Positions 1 to 9,238 of a stretch of 29,648 nucleotides of DNA are shown in pieces. How positions within the stretch are numbered: the stretch's first letter is position 1; every line of letters begins with the position of its first letter. The stretch covers positions 1 to 29,648 of IMG/VR virus record IMGVR_UViG_3300020280_000115; one strand, given 5' to 3'. The position numbers and the translations under genes are program-made. The notes under the pieces are model-generated. The model made no database searches. It was not told where the DNA came from and was given only the letters and a program-made list of their open reading frames with translations. This stretch comes from a virus. Taxonomy: Duplodnaviria > Caudoviricetes.

Positions 1-612
1 TGTGTTGTGTCTTATGTGTATAAATTCATTCTTGTGTCCACTGTACCCTTGATTGTCTCCATGTTTGCCATCAAGATCTCTATGTTCAAAAGGTTTACCG
101 TCGTGTTCACAATGGAAGAATATCACTCTGCCTATGCTTTCTATGATGCCCGTGTTTACTAATTCTTTTATCCAGTTTACTAAACCTGGAAAATATTTTG
201 CTTCTTCTGTTAAATTTCTTTCTGCGTTTCTGTGATCCCAATCTCCTTCTTCCCAAAGAAAATAATAAATGTATGGATCCTTTGCACCCAACACAGCCTT
301 AAGATATCTTGTAAATTGATTGCGTGTTTTGTAGTCTTTGATATTTGCATAAAGGTCATCACCATTTTTTCTAATAGGATCACTTTCTGGTAGTGCTTTG
401 TATTCTTCCAAAGCCATATAAATTGGTTTCCAATTTAATTGGTAACTCATATCTTTTGGATCGAAACCAGGTGACATCCAAGTTCCTTCTTTGGCATATT
501 CTCTTGCCAAAGCAAATCCTCTACAAATTTCTGGATGTAAATTCCTAAAACCTTCTATGTCTATGTGTTCGTCTAGTGCTATGTACGGTTGACCGCCAAT
601 TCCTTTGATCAT
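1..612 (-). CDS. Putative 2OG-Fe(II)/Asp-Asn beta-hydroxylase-like oxygenase (3' end runs off the window; not in the ORF track)
   Basis: Manual translation from ATG at 612: MIKGIGGQPYIALDEHIDIEGF...IGRVIFFHCEHDGKPFEHRDLDG...NEFIHIRHNT, open to position 1. An HxD (HRD) motif follows a beta-rich GRVIFF segment, as in double-stranded beta-helix oxygenases. Confidence 0.55.
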   Translation of the reverse strand, partial: MIKGIGGQPYIALDEHIDIEGFRNLHPEICRGFALAREYAKEGTWMSPGFDPKDMSYQLNWKPIYMALEEYKALPESDPIRKNGDDLYANIKDYKTRNQFTRYLKAVLGAKDPYIYYFLWEEGDWDHRNAERNLTEEAKYFPGLVNWIKELVNTGIIESIGRVIFFHCEHDGKPFEHRDLDGKHGDNQGYSGHKNEFIHIRHNT

Positions 613-651
613 ACAACTATTTACTTTTAAATACAACACAAATAAATTATT

Positions 652-1215
652 ATGGCTTTTAAGTTAATACCATATTCTGATAGATTAGATCTAACCGAAT
701 TCTACAAAACAGCCGAACGTAAAGGATTTGTCAACAATAGTTCCAAAAAAATGTTGATTGATTCTCTGTCTAAAGAAGACAGATACATGGTATGGATGTT
801 GACATGGAAAGGAAAGATTATAGGATCCACCGCGGCCCACAGTTTTCCTGAAATGGGTCCGGACAGTTTTAGAATTGCTTGTAGGATCTGCACGTTCACA
901 GAAGCATTACCAAAAGAATATCAAGTAGTTAGGACTCGTGAAACAATAAGGACACATCAAACCACAACGCAACAATTTTTCCAACCTGCTGGAATTATGT
1001 GGGCAGGATTTAACAAAAATTATTATGTAACTACAAATGAAAATGCAGAAGGCACTCAAAGGTTAGTGCATTCTATAGTGGCACCAACATTGGAAAGCAC
1101 AGGCGTCTACACAAAAATAAAAGAACTAGATTACAGAGGCACACGTCAAACCGTGTGGCGTGTAAATGCTGATTTGTATTTTAAACAACTTGCACAGGTA
1201 AAGTCATGGACTTAA
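652..1215 (+). CDS. Hypothetical protein, possible GNAT-fold acyltransferase
   Basis: 187 aa ORF; the VWMLTWKGKIIGSTAAH...FRIACRIC strand pattern resembles GNAT beta2-beta4; no canonical acetyl-CoA motif seen. Confidence 0.4.
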   Translation: MAFKLIPYSDRLDLTEFYKTAERKGFVNNSSKKMLIDSLSKEDRYMVWMLTWKGKIIGSTAAHSFPEMGPDSFRIACRICTFTEALPKEYQVVRTRETIRTHQTTTQQFFQPAGIMWAGFNKNYYVTTNENAEGTQRLVHSIVAPTLESTGVYTKIKELDYRGTRQTVWRVNADLYFKQLAQVKSWT

Positions 1216-1898
1216 CAGATTTTAAATATTATTGGAACGACGTTCCTGGTAAAGGTTTGTGTAGAAACAATTTAATTTATACAAGTCTTATAAATCATTC
1301 AAAAAGCGAATTTTGTATGTGGTTCAAACACGACTCAGAATATCATCAAGGACACGAGCAGGTTGTAGACCAAGACTTGATGGAGTCTAAATACTCAAGA
1401 GAAAAAGACTTTCTGTTGTCCTTAGATGTCGATCACAAAGACATAGTTCCAGAATTGACTAGGATAGATTCAGACAATCAAGCAATATATTTTAAAATAC
1501 AAGGAGTAGACTTTTGGGAAGAAAGCCATGGCAAGAAATATGATGAAGTGTTGCCAGACTGGGAGAAACAAATGTTGCGTATTCTAGAAAAACATAAACA
1601 ATTAGGAATATACAAATATAGTTTGCACCCTAGCAGTTATTGGGTAGTAAACAGAGAATTAAAAAATGTAAATTATTTTTTTGCATACAGAAATAATGAA
1701 CCAAATATTACCGTTAAAGATCATCTAAGTCACATATCAACAGAACGTCAAAAAGAACTAATGCCACAAATGACTAAATTAGGTATAGAAGCGGACAAGC
1801 CATATCCATTTGATAAACTTCAAATATTGTGTCTAGAAAGTTTTAGAAATGTGTACCCTGATTCATTCATAGATAAGGCAATTTCAATTTATAAGTAA
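1206..1898 (+). CDS. Protein-kinase-like fold protein with degenerate catalytic motifs
   Basis: 230 aa; REKDFL (alphaC Glu), VPELTRID, and LGIYKYSLHPSSYWVVNRELKNVNYF aligning by eye to GIxHxDLHPxN...IDF of RIO/Bud32/Kdo-type kinases. Confidence 0.45.
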   Translation: MDLTDFKYYWNDVPGKGLCRNNLIYTSLINHSKSEFCMWFKHDSEYHQGHEQVVDQDLMESKYSREKDFLLSLDVDHKDIVPELTRIDSDNQAIYFKIQGVDFWEESHGKKYDEVLPDWEKQMLRILEKHKQLGIYKYSLHPSSYWVVNRELKNVNYFFAYRNNEPNITVKDHLSHISTERQKELMPQMTKLGIEADKPYPFDKLQILCLESFRNVYPDSFIDKAISIYK

Positions 1899-1902
1899 TA
1901 GT

Positions 1903-3045
1903 ATGCAAGATACAAAAACAATCAGTCTATGTCACATATGCTATAGGCACTGCGAAGCAGAAAGAATAACAACTGCTGATGGTGTGTATCTAAACAAAAC
2001 CTGTGTAGAACACGGCAGTTCAAGTCATTTGATCGAAACAGACATCAATTTTTACAATAGTTTAGATTACGACAAGGCTGGATATAGCATACCACAAGGA
2101 GTAATGATAGAAGTCACTGACAAATGTAATCTGATGTGTCCACATTGTTATCATGGTCCAGACAATAAAACTATCGATAAACCTATTGAACAAATACTTT
2201 GGCAAATAGAAAATAGGTTTGACGCAAATGCAGGAGCGGTAATTCTTGCAGGAGCCGAACCTACGGTGAGAAAGGACTTACCAGAACTGATTCAAAGAAC
2301 AAAAGTGTTATTAAAAGAACTTAAAAGACCTGAGGATGTTTGTATTCTTACAAATGGTGTAAAACTTTCTAATAGAAAATGGACAAAGATGATTGCTGAA
2401 GCAGGAACCAATATGGTTATGATTGGTATGAACCATCAATCTTACCAAGGAGAAAAAGTGCATAAGAAACAATTACAGGCAATAGAAAATTGTAATGCTG
2501 AAGGTATATTTGTTTATTATGTTGGATACACTTTAGAAAGTTTGGATCATATGGAGGAAGTATTGGAGGAGATACAGAGTTTAGGCAATCGTGCTTGGCA
2601 ATATAGAATACGAGCAGGATCAGATATTGGAAGGTCTCCTGATGAACCTAAATTCTTTTTAAGCGACCATGTAAAACTAATCAAAAGTATTTGTGATAAA
2701 AAAGGCTGGACATGGGAAAAGAAACCTGCTGATGATAATTTATATCATTACATGGTAAACATCAACGGAATTCCACATAGAATTATACAATGGAGCGATC
2801 CAAAAACAATAGATATGGAGCAGTTGCAGTGTGGTCCTTGGTGCGACTTTGTTCCTGGCAAACCGGTGACTAATTTCTTACATCAAATAATGTTGCGTGA
2901 TGGACACGTGAACAAAGGACAACCTTTACATGACACGGTGCCACCTAAATACCTTTTCAAACCTGAGGATGTAGATTACGAAGTGAGTGAATGGACTTGG
3001 AAAAGTTGGGAAGTGTCAAAACAAAAACAAAGTACTATTGTTTAA
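1903..3045 (+). CDS. Radical SAM protein with N-terminal metal-binding ribbon (COG1964/MJ0619-Tes-like)
   Basis: CNLMCPHC (CxxxCxxC), LAGAEPTVRKDLPELI, ILTNG; N-terminal SLCHIC...KTCVEHG. Confidence 0.85.
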   Translation: MQDTKTISLCHICYRHCEAERITTADGVYLNKTCVEHGSSSHLIETDINFYNSLDYDKAGYSIPQGVMIEVTDKCNLMCPHCYHGPDNKTIDKPIEQILWQIENRFDANAGAVILAGAEPTVRKDLPELIQRTKVLLKELKRPEDVCILTNGVKLSNRKWTKMIAEAGTNMVMIGMNHQSYQGEKVHKKQLQAIENCNAEGIFVYYVGYTLESLDHMEEVLEEIQSLGNRAWQYRIRAGSDIGRSPDEPKFFLSDHVKLIKSICDKKGWTWEKKPADDNLYHYMVNINGIPHRIIQWSDPKTIDMEQLQCGPWCDFVPGKPVTNFLHQIMLRDGHVNKGQPLHDTVPPKYLFKPEDVDYEVSEWTWKSWEVSKQKQSTIV

Positions 3046-3598
3046 ATTTATAATCTAATTTAGAAGCATCCACAGTTACACTTTGAAAATACATTGTTTC
3101 GCATAACAACATATCAGCGATCCATTTAGATACAACATTTGGATCCATTTTCTCTCCTTCAAAGTCTTCTCCTAGGCGTGTATCTGTCATACCTAAAATT
3201 ACATTTAAAATATGAGGACCATATTTTTGTATGCGGTCTTCTATCATTTTGTTTTGTATTCTTTTATTGTGCCCATATCTTTCCATATCGGCATTGATAT
3301 CTTTGTAATTGTAACAGGCTTTGGAACTAATGTTTAATATCTTTTTATCTTTGTTGCCGTCCCATGCTTGTATCACTTCTTCTAATAATTTTGTTTGTCC
3401 TGAATATTCGGACCATGCATTGTTAACAAATATATCGACGTTGTTTAAACCATCTAATATTTTTTGTCTACCTTCTACGGTGTCGATATCATATCCTGTT
3501 GAAAGGCTAAAACCTTCTACGTTGTGTCCTAAGGATTTAAAATATTCGTAAAGGCTCCTGCCAAGTCCTCTGGCGTGTCCCGTTATTCGGATATTCAT
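3035..3598 (-). CDS. Short-chain dehydrogenase/reductase (SDR)
   Basis: ITGHARGLG Rossmann motif, DIFVNNA, NISS, YGHNK (YxxxK). Confidence 0.85.
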   Translation of the reverse strand: MNIRITGHARGLGRSLYEYFKSLGHNVEGFSLSTGYDIDTVEGRQKILDGLNNVDIFVNNAWSEYSGQTKLLEEVIQAWDGNKDKKILNISSKACYNYKDINADMERYGHNKRIQNKMIEDRIQKYGPHILNVILGMTDTRLGEDFEGEKMDPNVVSKWIADMLLCETMYFQSVTVDASKLDYKFKQ

Positions 3599-3607
3599 TG
3601 TGAATTA

Positions 3608-4723
3608 TTAGATTAAGTTGCTCCAAGCACCGTTTTCGTAGCCTTGGAATTTGTTTGTTGTTGTGTTGTACACAATCATTCCGTTTGCGGCTGTTAAACC
3701 ATTTATGGCTGTCTGATCCATTCTGCCTAACAATACTTCAGAAGCAAATTCACCATTACCATTTACTTCTAATTTTTTAGTTGGATTAGTTACGTTTATT
3801 CCGAAATTACCGTCTTTGTCTAGTACAACAAATTTTAATGTGCTACCGTTATCTGGAGTTGTTGCAATTATTAATTGTCCTGGTACAACACCACTTGACA
3901 CTGTCGCATCTGGATCAACACTTGCACTGATCACACTTGATAATCTGTATTGTGCACCATCGTATCCATAGTTTGAATAAGAAAATATAATATCATCTGG
4001 GTTTACTACTGTCGGTGTAACAATTGAACCTCTTGATGCGTATGCTTCCATAGAGTTATGTGTTGAAGGATTTGCCGCATCTGAATAAATCTCTATCGCC
4101 ATGTTGTTTGCGTGGTCAGTTGAATTAATTCTTAAACCTACACCGTTTGCTGAACTTGTAGTTCCAAATGTTACTTTAGATCCTGATTGTAATTGTACCG
4201 TTCCACCGTCTAATGCAATTACTCCATTTGTCATAAAGTCTGAATCGCCGTCTACTCTTAATGAAGAATCACTGCCAAATAAAGAACCTTTTACGTCACC
4301 AGTTACTGGACCTGTATGTACACCTGCTGAATTTCCTGTTAAATTTCCTGAAACGTCACCAGTTAAGTTTGCTGTGACTGTGCCTGCGTTTGCATTTACA
4401 ATAACTGTCGAACTGTTAGATACAACATTACCAGTAAATGAAGCCGCTTCTATTTCACCTGTTGCAACAATACCGTTGAAGTGTCCTGTTCTCCATTGTG
4501 CTGAAGGTGTTCCTAAATCTCTTGTGTTAGAAGCATCTGGTGTTATGTTTGATGGCACACTTAAATATTGTGCTGATAATGTAGTGTCTACTTGTACACC
4601 ACCTACCGTTGAACCGTCTCCAACGAATAGTTTTTTAGTGTCTGTAGTGAAGATAAGTTCACCTGCTAAAGGTGTAATTCCTTGTCTTTGGGTGTCTGTA
4701 CCTCGTCTAATCTGTAATGCCAT
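3608..4723 (-). CDS. Virion fibre/structural protein with Mtd/hyaluronidase-like N-terminal domain
   Basis: MALQIRRGT...GELIFTTDTKKLFVGDG N-terminus; Gly/Thr/Val-rich repeats (TGDVSGNLTGN, TGPVTGDVKG); C-terminal GMIVYNTTTNKFQGY; AGGAG RBS and upstream ATAAATA. Confidence 0.75.
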   Translation of the reverse strand: MALQIRRGTDTQRQGITPLAGELIFTTDTKKLFVGDGSTVGGVQVDTTLSAQYLSVPSNITPDASNTRDLGTPSAQWRTGHFNGIVATGEIEAASFTGNVVSNSSTVIVNANAGTVTANLTGDVSGNLTGNSAGVHTGPVTGDVKGSLFGSDSSLRVDGDSDFMTNGVIALDGGTVQLQSGSKVTFGTTSSANGVGLRINSTDHANNMAIEIYSDAANPSTHNSMEAYASRGSIVTPTVVNPDDIIFSYSNYGYDGAQYRLSSVISASVDPDATVSSGVVPGQLIIATTPDNGSTLKFVVLDKDGNFGINVTNPTKKLEVNGNGEFASEVLLGRMDQTAINGLTAANGMIVYNTTTNKFQGYENGAWSNLI

Positions 4724-4749
4724 TTAAGTAATGCTCCTAATGTATGTAG

Positions 4750-4756
4750 TATTTAT
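4750..4756 (-). promoter_or_regulatory. T4-like late promoter candidate (ATAAATA)
   Basis: Minus strand ATAAATA about 27 nt upstream of the fibre gene ATG, in an intergenic gap. Confidence 0.5.
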
Positions 4757-4781
4757 TCTACTTATATAATTGCTGGAGGCT

Positions 4782-5111
4782 TTATTTTCGCTTTTTAAGG
4801 AACGTTTTTGTACGTTTTGTTATGTCTGCTTTTACCTTATTTGTATCAAGCCTAAAATCAACGTTTTTGATCTCTTCACCATAGGTTTTAAATAGGTCGC
4901 CTATGGTCTTTTCAAGTTCTTTATTGGTCATCTTTTGTCTATTAGGTTTGAGCCTGATTTCCCAGTTTTTGCCGTCTTTAAATGATACTTTAATAGACAG
5001 CAAATACTCTACAGGAATAGACTCTATGGATAAATCGCCGAATACTTCCGGCCAATGTTGCACCACTTCCTTAGGCAGTTTCTTTTTCGTAAATTTGACC
5101 ACGACAGACAC
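4782..5111 (-). CDS. Hypothetical protein (basic)
   Basis: 109 aa ORF in tightly packed minus-strand operon. Confidence 0.7.
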   Translation of the reverse strand: MSVVVKFTKKKLPKEVVQHWPEVFGDLSIESIPVEYLLSIKVSFKDGKNWEIRLKPNRQKMTNKELEKTIGDLFKTYGEEIKNVDFRLDTNKVKADITKRTKTFLKKRK

Positions 5112-5116
5112 TAGAC

Positions 5117-5677
5117 TTACTTAGACTTTTTTGTTGGTGATAACGCCTCTGCTTCTTTACGTAGCCTTGACGCTTCTTTAAAGAATCTATCTGCGTTACT
5201 TCTCATTTGACCTGCTAGTTGTTCATCTGAAAGAGGCTGTGATGGCGTGTTCCTAGCCGTCTGTGATGATGCCACAGGCGTAGCCGTCTTAGGCTGTACT
5301 GCTAGATCATCAATCGATACTCCTCTTTGCTCTGCGATGATTTTATTCAATTCATCCAATTGCACAGAATCAGTTGTAGTAGGTGTCATGATAACCGTAT
5401 CAGTTGGAACTTTCTGCATAAATCCACCTTGGTGGAATTTAATCAACATACTTTGTCCATCTGGAGTTAAGTTTCTACTTAAAACTTCATGCAATTCAAA
5501 AGAAGTTTGACCTGCATTGGATTCGATAACTTGTATCAAAGCATCGTGGTCCGCTGGCGAGATCTTACTTGTTTGAATAACAACCGCTGATTTACTGTCA
5601 CCTGGAACTGTTCTGTAGACAACGGCAACTTTTTCGCCACTGCCTTTCATTTTCCCTACGTGTTTTATCTCAGCCAT
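5117..5677 (-). CDS. Hypothetical phage protein
   Basis: 186 aa ORF with GGAG RBS; start overlaps upstream stop (TAATG). Confidence 0.8.
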   Translation of the reverse strand: MAEIKHVGKMKGSGEKVAVVYRTVPGDSKSAVVIQTSKISPADHDALIQVIESNAGQTSFELHEVLSRNLTPDGQSMLIKFHQGGFMQKVPTDTVIMTPTTTDSVQLDELNKIIAEQRGVSIDDLAVQPKTATPVASSQTARNTPSQPLSDEQLAGQMRSNADRFFKEASRLRKEAEALSPTKKSK

Positions 5678-5982
5678 TATTTTTTCTCCGCTTCTTTCTT
5701 GTCACCTTCTGCAGGTGCCTTGTTGGCGTCCTTTTGAGATTTTTCAACAATCTTCAAAAAGCCATCAAGTTTGTTGTAAGTGGTACCTACTGCCGCCATC
5801 TCGTTGGCTTTGAAGGCTCCACGTTGACTTGCCACATCAATTATTGACCTAATCACCGTTAAGTCTTGTACAGTCAATTCTGCTCCAGCGCCGGCTTGTG
5901 CCATTGCTCCTGCAGGTGCTTGACCTTTAACTTCTTCTGGTGTAGGAGATGTAACAGTCTTTGTTTTACTTTCTTCTGACAT
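5677..5982 (-). CDS. Hypothetical phage protein (start revised to MSEESK)
   Basis: AAGGAG RBS precedes ATG at 5982; helical core ELTVQDL...RGAFKANEMAAVGTTYNKL. Confidence 0.75.
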   Translation of the reverse strand: MSEESKTKTVTSPTPEEVKGQAPAGAMAQAGAGAELTVQDLTVIRSIIDVASQRGAFKANEMAAVGTTYNKLDGFLKIVEKSQKDANKAPAEGDKKEAEKK

Positions 5983-6023
5983 TTTAAAATGCTCCTTTAT
6001 ATTATTTGTATATACAAAGGTAT

Positions 6024-6311
6024 TTAATGACGTTGAATGTAAGGACAACTAAGATTGAATATAGATAGTTCTTTTGGATTTTCGAATGCTACCAAAAGAT
6101 AATTTTTTATGGTACCATTTCTATCTACATCTAGATGTCTACCAATATAATATCTACCTTTTAGATTTTCCAAAATCCATTTTTCGATGTGTTCATTTGT
6201 TTCTGTGTGATCAGTTTGTAATTTTAGGATTTGCAATCCGTCAGGTTTTTTGGAAAACTTTCTACAATCGAAGTAGTTAAGTGAATTTGGTTCGTTAGTT
6301 TTTGAAAACAT
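6024..6311 (-). CDS. Hypothetical protein
   Basis: 95 aa ORF coupled by TAATG overlap to the upstream VWA gene. Confidence 0.7.
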   Translation of the reverse strand: MFSKTNEPNSLNYFDCRKFSKKPDGLQILKLQTDHTETNEHIEKWILENLKGRYYIGRHLDVDRNGTIKNYLLVAFENPKELSIFNLSCPYIQRH

Positions 6312-7570
6312 TATCCATCATAGTGCACCGTTGTACCAAAAGGTGCTTCCATATTTTTATCATGATGGTCATTAATTAAGAACAAAGTATCACAGTATGA
6401 TTCATCTCCCCAACTCTCCCAAGGATAACCATCTGTGAACATAATAAACTTTTTAGGTTGTATATCATTTTCTTTCATATACTCAAAATTAGCATCAAAG
6501 TCTGTACCACCGCCACCTTGTATTTCATAGTTCTGTAAATCACCTTCATGCGGAGTTATATCTTGTTCATTGTGTATTTCAGTATCGAAACACCATATCT
6601 TAATTTTGTAATCTCTGTATTGATCCATTATACCTTGTACCTCACTTAAGAAGTCTTTAGTCTGCTCTTCTCTAATAGAACCTGAAGTGTCTATGGCAAT
6701 ACACAGGTCTATTGTTTGTTCGTTCAATGTGCCTGGTAATATTACACCTGAATGCCAACCTTTTCTGCTAGGTCTCGACCAACTATAATCATTTTTTAAT
6801 ACACTATCAATCTGTTGTTGTAGCAATTCTCTCCAGTTCATTTTTGGTTCTGTAAACTGATTTATAATTCTTTTAATTGCATCTGGTAAGTTTTCTTTAC
6901 CCGCCGCTTGAGCAGATTGTATCATACTCTCTTTTACTTCATCTCTAATCTTATCCAATTCTGCTTTAGAGTATGTTGGTTGACTTTGTTTGTCTTTGCC
7001 TTTACCAGCACCAGCACCATCTTTCTTCTCCCAGTCAACGTGTTCATCTAAAAGTTTACCAATCTTCTCCATAGCCTTTTTACCTTTTTTGTATATGTCA
7101 TCATATACAGCCTCAGAAGACCAACCACTGTATTTGTAATCTTGGAATATGTCAATACCTTTAGGTTTCTCACCAATGTTCTGATCCATCAATGTGTTGT
7201 TCACAATATAGTCACAAGCGATATTATGTAATTGAGGTTCTCTGTCTTCTCTTCTTTTAATATGATCAAATACACAATGTAGTATTTCATGTGCAATAAC
7301 AAATTCAATTTCTTTAGTTGTCATCTTGCTGAAAAATTGTGTGTTGTAGTATAGATGTCTTCCATCAGTTGCGGCAGTTGGACACCAGTCATCACATTCT
7401 TTTATGATTAACCTAGTTGCCATATTACCAAAGAATGGATGTCTTAATAGCAATCCAACTCTGGCTACAATAATTTTATCTAAAACTTCTGCTCTCAAAC
7501 TTTCTAATTGTGCTGGAGTAAGTTCTACTTGTTGTTCTGTTTGTTCTAAAATATCTGTTGTCATGTTCAT
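6311..7570 (-). CDS. Metallopeptidase-VWA protein (DUF2201-like)
   Basis: TAATDG, HEILH (HExxH), C-terminal VWA MIDAS IDTSGS, GGGTDF, FTDG. Confidence 0.88.
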   Translation of the reverse strand: MNMTTDILEQTEQQVELTPAQLESLRAEVLDKIIVARVGLLLRHPFFGNMATRLIIKECDDWCPTAATDGRHLYYNTQFFSKMTTKEIEFVIAHEILHCVFDHIKRREDREPQLHNIACDYIVNNTLMDQNIGEKPKGIDIFQDYKYSGWSSEAVYDDIYKKGKKAMEKIGKLLDEHVDWEKKDGAGAGKGKDKQSQPTYSKAELDKIRDEVKESMIQSAQAAGKENLPDAIKRIINQFTEPKMNWRELLQQQIDSVLKNDYSWSRPSRKGWHSGVILPGTLNEQTIDLCIAIDTSGSIREEQTKDFLSEVQGIMDQYRDYKIKIWCFDTEIHNEQDITPHEGDLQNYEIQGGGGTDFDANFEYMKENDIQPKKFIMFTDGYPWESWGDESYCDTLFLINDHHDKNMEAPFGTTVHYDG

Positions 7571-7583
7571 AAATCCTATTAGT

Positions 7584-7607
7584 GTAGGGCATCCTAAGAT
7601 GCCCTAC
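7584..7607. other. Perfect 10-bp stem, 4-nt loop hairpin between AAA and VWA genes
   Basis: GTAGGGCATC-CTAA-GATGCCCTAC; no U-tract on the coding strand. Confidence 0.8.
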
Positions 7608-7615
7608 TTCACACC

Positions 7616-8728
7616 TTAGTTAGTACTCTGTGCGGCAGTAATATACTTGCCGTATTTTTCGTGGAACTCATCGAAACACTTGACCGCATCAGGATCAATA
7701 GGTAATTGATACTGAGTTAATGCCATCTTGATACCCATAACAACAAGTTCTGTATCAAAATTATCCATCATAAATCTAAGAAATTTGCTGACCTTGTCAT
7801 TAAACTTCTTATCTTTTTTATCATTTGCTTCTTTTAGTTCATAACATAGCGAAACCGTAAGGGAGTACATTGCTGATATTTCTTTCGATTTCATTTCTGT
7901 TATTTTGCCTTCCAATATTTCGGAAGGATTAGGTAGTTCTGATGCTACCTTTCTATGAGCCATGAACTTAACCGCAAGTCCTTCGCCCACTGCACCACTG
8001 ACTAAATCAGTAACGGTGTTCTCATCTAAATCATCTGATAGCAATTCACTAACAAATGACCAAGATCTCGGAGTAGCAAATGACCTACTTGGAGACTTTG
8101 GATCAAAGTCATATAAGTCTTTTTTGCTAAAAGTCAAATATCCAACAACATCTTTGTGAATGTTGTTTTCAACTGCCCACTCAAACCAGTCATCAAATTC
8201 TGGCTTCATTTCCAAGTGGATGAATCTGTTAGCCAACGGAGCAGGCATTCTATATACAACACCTTTGTCTGCCTCTCTGTTACCAGCCGCACAAATTAAT
8301 ACGTTATCTGGCAATTCATATTGACCAACTTTTCTGTTTAATATAAGTTGATATGCCGCCGCCTGCACACTAGGAGCCGCGGAGTTCATTTCATCTAAAA
8401 ACAAAACAATATTTTTGTGCTTCTTCGCTTCTGCTTTTGTTGGCAGTTCCGAAGGTTGTGCCCAAACCATATTATTTTCTTTTGAGTTAAAGTAAGGGAT
8501 ACCTTTAATATCTGTAGGCTCCCATAAACTTAATCTAATATCAATCACGTGTGCATCGATATTTTTTGCAATTTGGTGAATCACTTCCGATTTACCTATA
8601 CCAGGGCCACCCCAAACAAATATAGGTCTCTTAATCTTCAGTGCGTGTAATATAGACGCTTTAGCCTTATTTGGCGATAATTGCCTAGTGCTTAAAGCAT
8701 CTGTTTCTGTAGTTTTTCTTCTTGGCAT
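7616..8728 (-). CDS. MoxR-like/AAA_5 ATPase
   Basis: Walker A GGPGIGKS, Walker B LFLDEMN, AAGN sensor, PLANRF arginine finger, TPRSW. Confidence 0.9.
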   Translation of the reverse strand: MPRRKTTETDALSTRQLSPNKAKASILHALKIKRPIFVWGGPGIGKSEVIHQIAKNIDAHVIDIRLSLWEPTDIKGIPYFNSKENNMVWAQPSELPTKAEAKKHKNIVLFLDEMNSAAPSVQAAAYQLILNRKVGQYELPDNVLICAAGNREADKGVVYRMPAPLANRFIHLEMKPEFDDWFEWAVENNIHKDVVGYLTFSKKDLYDFDPKSPSRSFATPRSWSFVSELLSDDLDENTVTDLVSGAVGEGLAVKFMAHRKVASELPNPSEILEGKITEMKSKEISAMYSLTVSLCYELKEANDKKDKKFNDKVSKFLRFMMDNFDTELVVMGIKMALTQYQLPIDPDAVKCFDEFHEKYGKYITAAQSTN

Positions 8729-8762
8729 TTTGTACTCCGTTTTAAATTGTTGTTATAGTTTA

Positions 8763-8791
8763 ATAATATATTCAAGTACCAAAAAAGTCAA
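8763..8791 (-). promoter_or_regulatory. Sigma70-type promoter
   Basis: TTGACT-N17-TATTAT upstream of the AAA gene (GGAG RBS). Confidence 0.75.
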
Positions 8792-8848
8792 CCAGAAAGA
8801 TTGGGTAAAAACGTCAATGATTATGCGGGTCATTTGCCCTGTGGATAA

Positions 8849-9238
8849 CTATTCTTGGTTTTCTAGGCGGGATAATGCCTTATTCAGACCGTATTTTCTT
8901 ATATCTCCCGAAAATAACATCAATTCCATTGCTTTCTTTTCGTTGGTTACAATGACTCCATCGTCTGCTAGGTAATACGGAGTGTCCAAATACTTGTCTA
9001 GAAATATGATTACTTGGGTCGTTAAATTGAAATCATTTGGAAAAGGAACATCATAGGTTTGTAAATCAAGTTTTTCTTTAATGAATGTAATACCATCATC
9101 GGTAAGCCTTAATCCGCCGGTACCTTTTGACCTACTGTTCTTCCACCACATTGGCATATACTCTTTGAGAGTGTTTTCACCAATTGCTATATTGGCGTTT
9201 TTTAAGAAGATTTTGGTGTAGGTTTCTTTCCAATTCAT
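8849..9238 (-). CDS. Hypothetical phage protein
   Basis: 129 aa ORF, ATGA overlap with upstream gene. Confidence 0.75.
   Translation of the reverse strand: MNWKETYTKIFLKNANIAIGENTLKEYMPMWWKNSRSKGTGGLRLTDDGITFIKEKLDLQTYDVPFPNDFNLTTQVIIFLDKYLDTPYYLADDGVIVTNEKKAMELMLFSGDIRKYGLNKALSRLENQE

Noticed and set aside
3608-4723. Diversity-generating retroelement target (Mtd-like N-terminus)
   Set aside because: No reverse transcriptase or template/variable repeat pair is visible in the window; this N-terminal domain is common in phage fibres.
4101-4727. 208-aa plus-strand ORF and the many other antisense ORFs in the track (e.g. 24713-25177, 28194-28673)
   Set aside because: They lie opposite well-supported genes, lack RBS and motifs, and are typical shadow ORFs.
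7584-7607. Hairpin as an intrinsic terminator
   Set aside because: No poly-U tract follows on the coding strand.
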